From: Gammaproteobacteria bacterium
GTDB lineage: Bacteria > Pseudomonadota > Gammaproteobacteria > UBA4575
Length of the DNA stretch: 64,000 nucleotides
Assembly: GCA_965221955.1 (NCBI GenBank)
Contig: CBDCTA010000029.1
Coordinates: forward strand, 576,001 to 640,000
Direction: 5' to 3'
Part shown: piece after piece, positions 56,135 to 64,000 of the stretch
Numbering within the stretch: the first letter of the stretch is position 1
Layout of the letters: every line of letters begins with the position of its first letter
The notes under the pieces: model-generated
Databases searched by the model: none
Told to the model about the DNA's origin: nothing
The model's input: the letters and a program-made list of their open reading frames with translations, nothing else
Made by a program: the position numbers and the translations under genes

Positions 56135-56668
56135 ATGAGCGAACTTCAATCAATGCAAACTGAGGCTGAACGCATATTCGAAAGTGCAGCAGATGCACTT
56201 TCAGATGATATCGTCGGCCGACTTGGGGCTACGATGGGTGATGGCTTAATGCTGTTAGACCAAGTAAGTCGTAGTAATTTAGATAAAGCGATCCCACTCA
56301 TTGATCATCTTGTGGAAACAGGTGATTTAGAACGCGCTGCAAATCTTGTTCGTGTACTGGGAGCTGCCGGCGATGCAATGAGTGATGATATTGTTAGTCG
56401 ATTAGGTGAAATGGTTAACGCTCTTATGATTATCGCTGATCGCATTTCTCGAAATGAGAATCTTCATAAACTTTTAGATTTATTGGAACGTGATTATATG
56501 GTTGATATGTTGACCAGTATGTGTGAAGCGGCGGCTTCTGCAAAAGCAAGTCATGAGGTTCAATCTACTGGTGGTATTATGGGATTGTTGAAAACCATGA
56601 AAGATCCAGAAGTGCAACAGGCGCTGAAGTTTATGTCCAAATTTAGTGCTGAGTTTAAAAATACTTAG
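56135..56668 (+). CDS. DUF1641 domain protein
   Basis: Internal ALSDDIVGRL/AMSDDIVSRL repeat; GIMGLLKTMKDPEVQQAL. Confidence 0.85.
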   Translation: MSELQSMQTEAERIFESAADALSDDIVGRLGATMGDGLMLLDQVSRSNLDKAIPLIDHLVETGDLERAANLVRVLGAAGDAMSDDIVSRLGEMVNALMIIADRISRNENLHKLLDLLERDYMVDMLTSMCEAAASAKASHEVQSTGGIMGLLKTMKDPEVQQALKFMSKFSAEFKNT

Positions 56669-56689
56669 ACTGATCTAGCATAACTTTTT

Positions 56690-56725
56690 AAAGCCTCTAC
56701 AAATAATTTTGAAGAGGCTTTTTTT
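56690..56725. terminator. Intrinsic terminator after sulfur operon
   Basis: AAAGCCTCT...AGAGGCTTTTTTT. Confidence 0.75.
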
Positions 56726-57383
56726 AGCAAGCGCTAACCGAATGGATGCGGGAAATTTTTTGTTGTTGACCGAGGCGATAGAATCTTCTTAATTCATTTT
56801 GTACAGATTGTGTAGCTGAGTTATACATTTCCATCAGCTTTAAACAATATTGGGAAGCATAGGTGCTGGCTTTTTGATAACGCTGTACGTTTTCATGTTC
56901 AAGATTACTTACAAATTGTGGATTTGAAAATAATAATGACCAAATTTCTTGCATACTTGTAATGTCTTTTTTGTTCGCGATTGCATTTGTGGCGCTTACA
57001 AATTTATCAACTTCTGCTTGTAGTTCTAATTCAAGCTGAGATACGGAGCGATCATAGTAGGCATTCCAGGCCAAGTATAAAAAATGGCTCACGCCTTCTA
57101 GGGCAATCCAGAAATCATGTAGATCCTTTTTCTGTGTATGAGCAGTTGGGTATTGATCGCCTAGACGTTCAACAAGATCGTTGTTTAAGTAAAGAGAAAC
57201 GTCTAAATATTCTTCGTTTTCAGATATTAAAAGTTGCTCTAGAACATTGTTATTAATTTCTTTGTTGGAAATAATTTCGGCAAAATTTTTATCAGTTATG
57301 ACAAAATCAATTACATTCTCGTGCACGGATACTTCATAAATTGCTTCGAGCTTGCTTTGAATGTCTGAGAGTAGAGATGTCAT
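56724..57383 (-). CDS. Conserved hypothetical protein (EGVSHF / LELQAE motifs)
   Basis: 219-aa ORF co-oriented with and 15 nt downstream of the upstream gene. Confidence 0.8.
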   Translation of the reverse strand: MTSLLSDIQSKLEAIYEVSVHENVIDFVITDKNFAEIISNKEINNNVLEQLLISENEEYLDVSLYLNNDLVERLGDQYPTAHTQKKDLHDFWIALEGVSHFLYLAWNAYYDRSVSQLELELQAEVDKFVSATNAIANKKDITSMQEIWSLLFSNPQFVSNLEHENVQRYQKASTYASQYCLKLMEMYNSATQSVQNELRRFYRLGQQQKISRIHSVSAC

Positions 57384-57398
57384 GAGTTGGCGTTGAAG

Positions 57399-57992
57399 CT
57401 ATTGAATGCTTGTGTTTTGTTCTATAGGAAGAATGTTATTTTCTATAAGTATTTTTTTGGCTTTTTTGCTTTGTGTGCGTATCCATAGCTCATAAGTGCG
57501 CAATAAGTTTTTATCGGATTGGTTTTTATTTAGATCAGATAAAACATCTACAAAATCAACAAACTTACTGGATAATTCGTAAAAAACGTCGAGACTTGAA
57601 GTGGAGCTAGAAGACAAAGAGTTTGATTCAGATAAGCACCCATACGCAGTTCCGCCCATTGCAACATAGTAGTCAACATCAACTGCTTTTTTACTTAGGT
57701 TTCCAGAAAATAGACCGCAAATAAACAAGGCAATGTCGCCCATTCTTCGTAATGCAATATCACGTTCATGAGAAGATGGCGAGTTCAATGCATCAGAATA
57801 ATATAAAGCTAATGCTTTATGTGTAGCGCGACCATGCCCGCAATCGATGAAACGTTCAGTGCGTGAAAATGTTGTGAGTAAATTGGTAAGGTAAGAGACT
57901 GTATGGTCTTGTGCTTGAATATTTTGTTTGCTTAAAGAGCTAAGCAAAAAATCGTGAAAGTAATTACGCAGGCTTTCCTGTTTAAGTAGCAT
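57399..57992 (-). CDS. Conserved hypothetical protein
   Basis: 197 aa; RRMGDIALFICGLF, VDVDYYVAMGGTAY, LRTYELW. Confidence 0.8.
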   Translation of the reverse strand: MLLKQESLRNYFHDFLLSSLSKQNIQAQDHTVSYLTNLLTTFSRTERFIDCGHGRATHKALALYYSDALNSPSSHERDIALRRMGDIALFICGLFSGNLSKKAVDVDYYVAMGGTAYGCLSESNSLSSSSTSSLDVFYELSSKFVDFVDVLSDLNKNQSDKNLLRTYELWIRTQSKKAKKILIENNILPIEQNTSIQ

Positions 57993-58244
57993 ACAAAGAG
58001 TCCTTTTTCATTACCCATGTTTATTTTTTCTAGTTAGAAAAAATAATTCAATTTGAAAAAGACTAGTGGTATGACCATTTATCAGTTGGTTAATACCGAA
58101 AAAAATTAAATTGTGAGGGATTATGACTCTTATGTCTAATCGATCGAATAAGAGTGCTAATTAGTCTGTGGAGCGGTACTAAAGTGAGTTTTTATTTTAT
58201 TTCCTGTTTTTAGCTTCTGTCTTTGTCGTGTCGGGTTACGAAAA

Positions 58245-59918
58245 TTATTTATTCGTTTTGGCTTCAGCTTTTGCCCAACTATCACGTAACGTTGCGACTC
58301 GATTAAAAACAAACTTGTCACTTGACGAATGTTTGCTATCTAGACAGAAATAACCTTGGCGTTCAAATTGCACATGATCTTGTAATGCAATTGTTTTTGC
58401 ATGTGGTTCAATTTTAGATTCTTGATGAATAATAAGTGAATCCTTATTTAGTGTTGAGGTAAAGTCATCTGCAGCCGCAGGGTTGGGGACATTAAATAGT
58501 CGGTCATATAAACGTGTTTCAACAGTTAGTGCATGCTCAGCGGAAACCCAATGAATGATTCCTTTGAGTTTCTTTTTATTTTTACCCGCACTATCAGGAT
58601 CGTATTCGCAGCGAAGTTCGATTATTTCTCCAGCGTCATTTTTGATGACTTCATTGCATTTAATATCATAAGCATTACGCAGTCGTACTTCTTTGTTGGG
58701 GGCTAGGCGGAAAAATTTGCTCGGTGGATCTTCCATAAAATCATCACGCTCAATATAAATGACTTTGGAGAATGGAATGGTACGTTTGCCGCGTGTAGGA
58801 TCTTTAGGATGATTGTTAGCAGAAAATTCTTCTTCTTTATCATCGAGGTAATTTTCGATTACCACTTTTAGAGGATCAATTACACACATGAGTCTATTCG
58901 CGCGTGGATCTAAATCTTCACGGATACAGTTTTCTAATACACTCATTTCAATAAATGCATCTTTCTTGGTAATCCCAATACGATCGCAAAACTCTCGTAT
59001 GGATTCTGGAGTGATACCACGGCGACGCATTCCAGAGATCGTTGGCATACGCGGATCATCCCAGCCATCCACGTAATTTTCTGACACTAAAAGATTGAGT
59101 TTTCGCTTACTGCTAATGGTGTATTCAACAGAAAGTCTGGCAAATTCAATTTGCTGCGGATGACTAGCTGTTTTTAACTCGTTGAGTACCCAATCATATA
59201 AAGGACGATGATCCTCAAACTCAAGCGTGCATAAAGAATGTGTAATATTTTCTAACGAGTCAGATATACAATGTGTATAGTCATACATAGGATAAACACA
59301 CCATTTATCTTGGGTTCTTGGGTGTGTCGCATACTTAATGCGGTATAAAACAGGATCACGCATGTTGATATTGCCTGAAGCCATATCAATTTTGGCGCGT
59401 AATACATGCTCACCTTCTTGGAATTCTCCATTGCGCATACGCATAAATAGATCTAGGTTTTCTTCAATGCTGCGATTGCGAAATGGGCTTTCAATTCCAG
59501 GTTCAGTTAACGTGCCGCGTTGTCTGCGAATCTCTTCTGCATCTAAACTGCATACATAAGCTTTGTTAAGTTTTATCAGCTTGACGGCATACTCATATAG
59601 CTTTTCGAAATAATCCGACGCATGCTTTAGCTCTGACCAATTAAAACCTAACCACTGCACATCTTTTTTTATTGCATCAATATACTCTTGGCTTTCTTTT
59701 TCGGGGTTGGTGTCGTCAAAACGCAAATTACACTGGCCGTTATAGTCTTGGGCAATTCCAAAATTTAAACAGATAGACTTGGCATGGCCGATATGTAAAT
59801 AGCCATTGGGTTCTGGGGGGAATCGAGTGATTACTTTGCCGTCATTTTTTCCGTCCGCAATATCTTGGTCAATGATATTACGAATAAAATTAGAAGGTGG
59901 TGCAGGTGTATTGCTCAT
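58245..59918 (-). CDS. glnS: Glutaminyl-tRNA synthetase
   Basis: [40 protein letters not shown]. Confidence 0.98.
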   Translation of the reverse strand: MSNTPAPPSNFIRNIIDQDIADGKNDGKVITRFPPEPNGYLHIGHAKSICLNFGIAQDYNGQCNLRFDDTNPEKESQEYIDAIKKDVQWLGFNWSELKHASDYFEKLYEYAVKLIKLNKAYVCSLDAEEIRRQRGTLTEPGIESPFRNRSIEENLDLFMRMRNGEFQEGEHVLRAKIDMASGNINMRDPVLYRIKYATHPRTQDKWCVYPMYDYTHCISDSLENITHSLCTLEFEDHRPLYDWVLNELKTASHPQQIEFARLSVEYTISSKRKLNLLVSENYVDGWDDPRMPTISGMRRRGITPESIREFCDRIGITKKDAFIEMSVLENCIREDLDPRANRLMCVIDPLKVVIENYLDDKEEEFSANNHPKDPTRGKRTIPFSKVIYIERDDFMEDPPSKFFRLAPNKEVRLRNAYDIKCNEVIKNDAGEIIELRCEYDPDSAGKNKKKLKGIIHWVSAEHALTVETRLYDRLFNVPNPAAADDFTSTLNKDSLIIHQESKIEPHAKTIALQDHVQFERQGYFCLDSKHSSSDKFVFNRVATLRDSWAKAEAKTNK

Positions 59919-60020
59919 TTAGCTTATCGTTAGTGTTATTTTTAATATTATATATTTATTGACAACATTAAATCAGAAATTCGTCCATTATTTTCGTTCA
60001 TTACTTTTAGGGAGTATGCA

Positions 60021-60569
60021 TTGAATCCATTGCTTAAGAAAATATTAATACTTGGTGCGCCAATACTATTGCGAAAACTGTTTCGAGGTAAAAACAATTT
60101 TAGGATAGCTGGTTTAATTCTTTTGGCTTTGATTTTTGGCGTATGGTTTTTTGTTCAATATCCTTTTGGCTTAAACCAGCAAAGCTCTGAGCAAGCTGCT
60201 GGTGGTGTTCACACAAATGAAGCGCAATTACCTTCTATTGAGCAATCCAACATTCGTTCACTGTTTAATGAGCAACGCTCTGGAGTGATGGTTTCTACAG
60301 TAGGTAATGTTACACGAATTCTAAAGGATGATAATGAAGGGAGTCGACATCAACGATTTTTGATTGATATTCCAGATGGGTTGTCTTTGCTCGTTGCGCA
60401 TAATATTGATCTAGCCGCTAGAGTGCCGCTTCGTGTTGGTGATCAAGTTTCTATTTATGGTCAATATGAGTGGAACCATAAAGGCGGAGTATTGCATTGG
60501 ACCCATCACGACCCTAATAAAAGCCATGCCGAAGGCTGGATTTTGCACAAAGGTATTAAGTATGAATAG
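60021..60569 (+). CDS. DUF3465 domain protein
   Basis: DDNEGSRHQRF, VAHNIDLA, GGVLHWTHHDP; true start uncertain. Confidence 0.85.
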   Translation: MNPLLKKILILGAPILLRKLFRGKNNFRIAGLILLALIFGVWFFVQYPFGLNQQSSEQAAGGVHTNEAQLPSIEQSNIRSLFNEQRSGVMVSTVGNVTRILKDDNEGSRHQRFLIDIPDGLSLLVAHNIDLAARVPLRVGDQVSIYGQYEWNHKGGVLHWTHHDPNKSHAEGWILHKGIKYE

Positions 60570-60576
60570 GGAGTTG

Positions 60577-61218
60577 TTAAGACGATGATGCAGTTTTGGC
60601 TGTGTACTTTTGATAGCGTTTTAAGACTTTTTTAACGTAGCCTTTCGTTTCTGCATAGGGAGGGATGCCACCGTATTTTTCTACCGCATGGGGGCCTGCA
60701 TTGTATGCTGCTAGGGCTAATTCAGTGTTGTCGTTAAATCTTTCTAGCATTTGACTGAAATATTTAATACCACCTCGAATATTTGAGTTAGCATTGAAAG
60801 AATCTTTCACGCCTAGTTCTTTGGCTGTAGCAGGCATTAACTGCATTAAGCCTCGTGCGCCTACGGATGAAACTGCTTTGCGATCAAAACAAGATTCAAT
60901 TGCAATAATGGCTTTTACTAGATTGGGGTCTACTTCAAATGCAATTGAATAGGCTTCTATCGCATCTATGTAAGTGCTGGCGCGTTTGTCGAGTTTGGCA
61001 GCAGTCATGTTTCTGCATGAGACCACTGCAGTAGGTCGGCCGATAGTTGCCATCAGAGTGTATCTTTCCTGAGGCATTTTTCGATCCGTTATCCAGCTTG
61101 TACCATCACTTTCTTTGTATACATAAAACTCAGCTTGCAACTTCATTGGTAATATTGCGCCTAGTATGCTCGTACAAGTCATAGCGATGGCGAGCAAGCT
61201 GTATTGTGATTTGAGCAT
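60577..61218 (-). CDS. Lytic transglycosylase (SLT domain)
   Basis: AIESCF, GARGLMQLMP, ALAAYNAG, GGIPPYAET. Confidence 0.92.
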   Translation of the reverse strand: MLKSQYSLLAIAMTCTSILGAILPMKLQAEFYVYKESDGTSWITDRKMPQERYTLMATIGRPTAVVSCRNMTAAKLDKRASTYIDAIEAYSIAFEVDPNLVKAIIAIESCFDRKAVSSVGARGLMQLMPATAKELGVKDSFNANSNIRGGIKYFSQMLERFNDNTELALAAYNAGPHAVEKYGGIPPYAETKGYVKKVLKRYQKYTAKTASSS

Positions 61219-61378
61219 GTCAGCGATTCAGAAAAGTTAAGGTATGATTGTATCCAATAAGAATTCTTTTGATTTCCATTCTATGCAATGAATATTACCA
61301 TTTATCTCGTTAGTTACGAATATAGTAGTGAGTAAAATCGCGAAATAAGTGGATTTTTAATTATTATTTCCTTAGTTG

Positions 61379-62227
61379 ATGACTACCACTTTAGATCAAG
61401 CCATTGTTAGTGAAACTATACTTGCACCTTTGCAAGTGAAAACGATTCATAAATACTTATGTGAGCAGAGTATAAATAGTATAGGAAAGATTCATGTTTT
61501 TCCTAGTATTGAGTCTACAAATAAGTACCTACTTGGGTATGAAGCGAGTGCCAAGCAAGTGGTTATATGTTTAGCCGAGCATCAAACTCAAGGGCGTGGT
61601 CGCTACGGACACCAATGGGAATCACCTTCTGGAGTAAATGTATATTTATCCATGTCATGGCCATTACACGATACACAAAAAAAATATGATGTACTTAGTC
61701 TCTGGTTGCTATTGGCCATTGCTGAATTATTGGAAAAACATCAATTGCAAAATATTCAGCTCAAGTGGCCTAATGATATCTGTGTGCAAGGTAAAAAATT
61801 AGCCGGGGTGCTAATAGAGCGAAAGATAGGGCAAAGCAAACACAATTTGGTGATTGGGTTGGGTTTGAATGTAGCAATGTCGCTTAAAGATGATGTGAGG
61901 ATTAATACACCTTGGATTGATTTACTTTCGATTAAACCGAATTGGCAGGTTTCACGCAATGAACTATCCGCGCAGTTGATAGAGATCCTCATGAATACAC
62001 TCACTCATTTTGAGCAAGAGAAATTAAATGACTTGGCGGTTAGGTGGAATGATTATGACATGCTGAAAAACGAACAAGTACAGTTTCTATATGATGGAGA
62101 AATTGGAGTTGGGGAAGTTAAAGGCATTGATGAGTCGGGCCAAATTATTTTGAATATGAATGGAGAGGTTATGCATTTGCATAGCTCACAACTTAGTGAA
62201 ATTAAATTAATTGGAAAACCTGAATGA
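61379..62227 (+). CDS. birA: Biotin--[acetyl-CoA-carboxylase] ligase, lacking N-terminal HTH
   Basis: STN, AEHQTQGRGR, LKWPND, KKLAGVL. Confidence 0.93.
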   Translation: MTTTLDQAIVSETILAPLQVKTIHKYLCEQSINSIGKIHVFPSIESTNKYLLGYEASAKQVVICLAEHQTQGRGRYGHQWESPSGVNVYLSMSWPLHDTQKKYDVLSLWLLLAIAELLEKHQLQNIQLKWPNDICVQGKKLAGVLIERKIGQSKHNLVIGLGLNVAMSLKDDVRINTPWIDLLSIKPNWQVSRNELSAQLIEILMNTLTHFEQEKLNDLAVRWNDYDMLKNEQVQFLYDGEIGVGEVKGIDESGQIILNMNGEVMHLHSSQLSEIKLIGKPE

Positions 62228-62961
62228 AATTATTATTCGATTTAGGCAATAGCCGTTGTAAATATGCTGTGCTTGGCGAAAACGGAATCATGGAGTATGG
62301 CTACAAGAATTATGAGCCGTTTGGAAAACTTTATACTGTTAAATCATTATGCGACGCGTATGAGGCTACTAAGGTAATTATTTGTTCTGTATTAAGTGAA
62401 AAAATGAATGCAGATATATTAGAGACACTACAAAACAAGGATGGGTGTGATGTTTATTTTCTCGTGGCTGAAAAGAACAGTTTTGGGGTAGAACTTGCTT
62501 ATGAGAACCCGAGCGCAATGGGGGTAGATCGTGTCGCTGCCTTGATTGCAGCAAAGGAGAAGTATTCAGGTAGCACTTGTGTTGTGGACTGTGGTACTGC
62601 AATAACAATTGATGTGCTGAATGCAAGTGGAGCTCATCAGGGTGGGGTTATATTTCCAGGTGAAAAAGCGATGCGAAAAGGTCTTTTAGAATGCACAAGA
62701 ATCACCTGTGATGATGCTGAAGTAGAGTTTAATGCGCATGCAAGTTCAACTGAGCAAGCCATTTATACTGGTTGTGTTAGTGCGGTTGCAGGTGGAATTG
62801 AATATGCTATAAAGAAGATGTCATCAAATAACGATGGTTTTGATCAAATCGTATTTACGGGTGGGAATGCTGAAGGCGTTAAGGGTCATGTGGATCTGCA
62901 AGCGCAAATCGAGCCCACGTTTGTTTTAGATGGTCTAAAGATTGTAGCTGAGAATATATAA
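62224..62961 (+). CDS. coaX: Type III pantothenate kinase
   Basis: DLGNSRCK, MGVDR, VDCGTAITID, GGVIFPG, TGGNA. Confidence 0.95.
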   Translation: MKLLFDLGNSRCKYAVLGENGIMEYGYKNYEPFGKLYTVKSLCDAYEATKVIICSVLSEKMNADILETLQNKDGCDVYFLVAEKNSFGVELAYENPSAMGVDRVAALIAAKEKYSGSTCVVDCGTAITIDVLNASGAHQGGVIFPGEKAMRKGLLECTRITCDDAEVEFNAHASSTEQAIYTGCVSAVAGGIEYAIKKMSSNNDGFDQIVFTGGNAEGVKGHVDLQAQIEPTFVLDGLKIVAENI

Positions 62962-62979
62962 AGAGATTATTAAACGAAT

Positions 62980-63705
62980 ATGCGCTCGTTATTTATATTA
63001 TTACTTGTTGTAAATATTAGTTACTTGGTGTGGGGGGTGGCTTTTTCAGAAAAAGCTGAAACTGTGCCCGTATTTGTTCAGCCGGAAGGTGTACAAACTC
63101 TAACTTTACTGAGCGAAACTCAAATCGTAGCTTCAGTAACAAACGAAGTAAAAAAAGTATCTGATACAAATAAACCAATATTAAATGAAACTGAGAGTGC
63201 TGATAAGGCGCCTCTAGTGTCAAGAAGTTGTTACACCTTGGGCCCGATATTGGATGATAAGGATGTAAAAAAGCTAGAACAAAAATTACAACAGAATGGT
63301 ATTACAGCTAAACGTAAATCAATTACTGGTAAAGAGCCAAAATCTTACTGGGTATATTTTCCTCCAGAAAAATCTATGCAAGATGCAAAAGCTATAGTGA
63401 ATCAATTACAAATTGCTGAGGTGGATGACTACTTTATTGTTCGTAAAGGCGAATACACTCATGCCATTTCGTTAGGGCTCTATAATGGATATCGTCGAGC
63501 AAAAATTAGACTAAGAAAGCTGAAGAAGCTCGGGTTTAATGCCAAAGTTCAAACTCGCTATCATGATGTAACGCGTCACTGGTTAGATTTTCAAGAAAGC
63601 AGCGCAAAACCACTTAAGGATAGTATTTGGAATAAAATTGATGAGGATAATCCGCTACAAAAAATAGCCCGGCCATGTGTCGATCCGCTACCTAGCAATT
63701 CATAA
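62980..63705 (+). CDS. SPOR domain protein
   Basis: N-terminal anchor, CYTLGP, YWVYFPP, AISLGLY; usual position after coaX. Confidence 0.8.
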   Translation: MRSLFILLLVVNISYLVWGVAFSEKAETVPVFVQPEGVQTLTLLSETQIVASVTNEVKKVSDTNKPILNETESADKAPLVSRSCYTLGPILDDKDVKKLEQKLQQNGITAKRKSITGKEPKSYWVYFPPEKSMQDAKAIVNQLQIAEVDDYFIVRKGEYTHAISLGLYNGYRRAKIRLRKLKKLGFNAKVQTRYHDVTRHWLDFQESSAKPLKDSIWNKIDEDNPLQKIARPCVDPLPSNS

Positions 63706-63725
63706 AAAAACAATGCGAAGGAACA

Positions 63726-63801
63726 TGGAGCCACCTGTCAGATTCGAACTGACGACCTACTGATTACAAATCAGTTGCTCTACCAACTGAGCTAAGGTGG
63801 C
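63726..63801 (-). tRNA. tRNA-Thr(TGT)
   Basis: Reverse complement GCCACCTTAGCTCAGTTGGTAGAGCAACTGATTTGTAATCAGTAGGTCGTCAGTTCGAATCTGACAGGTGGCTCCA. Confidence 0.97.
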
Positions 63802-64000
63802 TTGACAAGAAAAGGGGTGAATATTGCCTTTGCGGCGTTTACAAATCAAGGCTTTGTAAAAAGATATGCTACCAACAATATTTCTGCTATTAGTTTACTC
63901 AATACTTTGGATTGAATGCTACCATTTACCTAACAAAATCGTGCATTCAGGAAGCTTATGTATAGGATCGTGTTAAAAAGAATAGCTGCTATTATTCTAT

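Noticed and set aside
58121-58160. Full CIRCE (HrcA) operator
   Set aside because: Only the right half GAGTGCTAA is perfect; the candidate left half TTATGACTC is 22 nt away rather than 9
63726-63801. Genomic island integrated at tRNA-Thr
   Set aside because: No duplicated tRNA 3' end or integrase seen; flanking genes are core

Overview
AT-rich chromosomal segment of a gammaproteobacterium (16S/23S rRNA and core-gene synteny such as smc-zipA-ligA, rubredoxin-thiD-thiE-hemL, argC-erpA-anmK-tyrS-rrn, birA-coaX-SPOR). It holds about 65 CDS, mostly housekeeping, a complete rrn operon (16S-tRNA-Ile-tRNA-Ala-23S-5S) and tRNA-Thr(TGT). No transposase, integrase, prophage or CRISPR is visible. The top finding is three directly oriented 30-nt imperfect palindromes (11-8-11 architecture) at 33665, 34175 and 34756. 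Each interval between them holds exactly one accessory gene, forming a cassette-array-like structure between erpA and anmK that is neither attC, dif nor CRISPR. Other non-coding structure: a family of four ~125-165 bp ERIC/MITE-like palindromic elements, and clusters of CsrA-type ANGGA-loop hairpins, one nested inside a MITE. Notable gene modules: a Fur-boxed porin/FMN-binding/PepSY operon, a DsrE-TusA-SQR-like-DUF1641 sulfur operon, a lipoprotein truncated haemoglobin, a Cys-to-Asp HisI variant and an uncharacterised two-gene module with a degenerate zincin motif. Two small genes absent from the ORF track (rubredoxin, zf-CHCC protein) were added by manual translation. All calls are motif recognition by eye; no database search was run.
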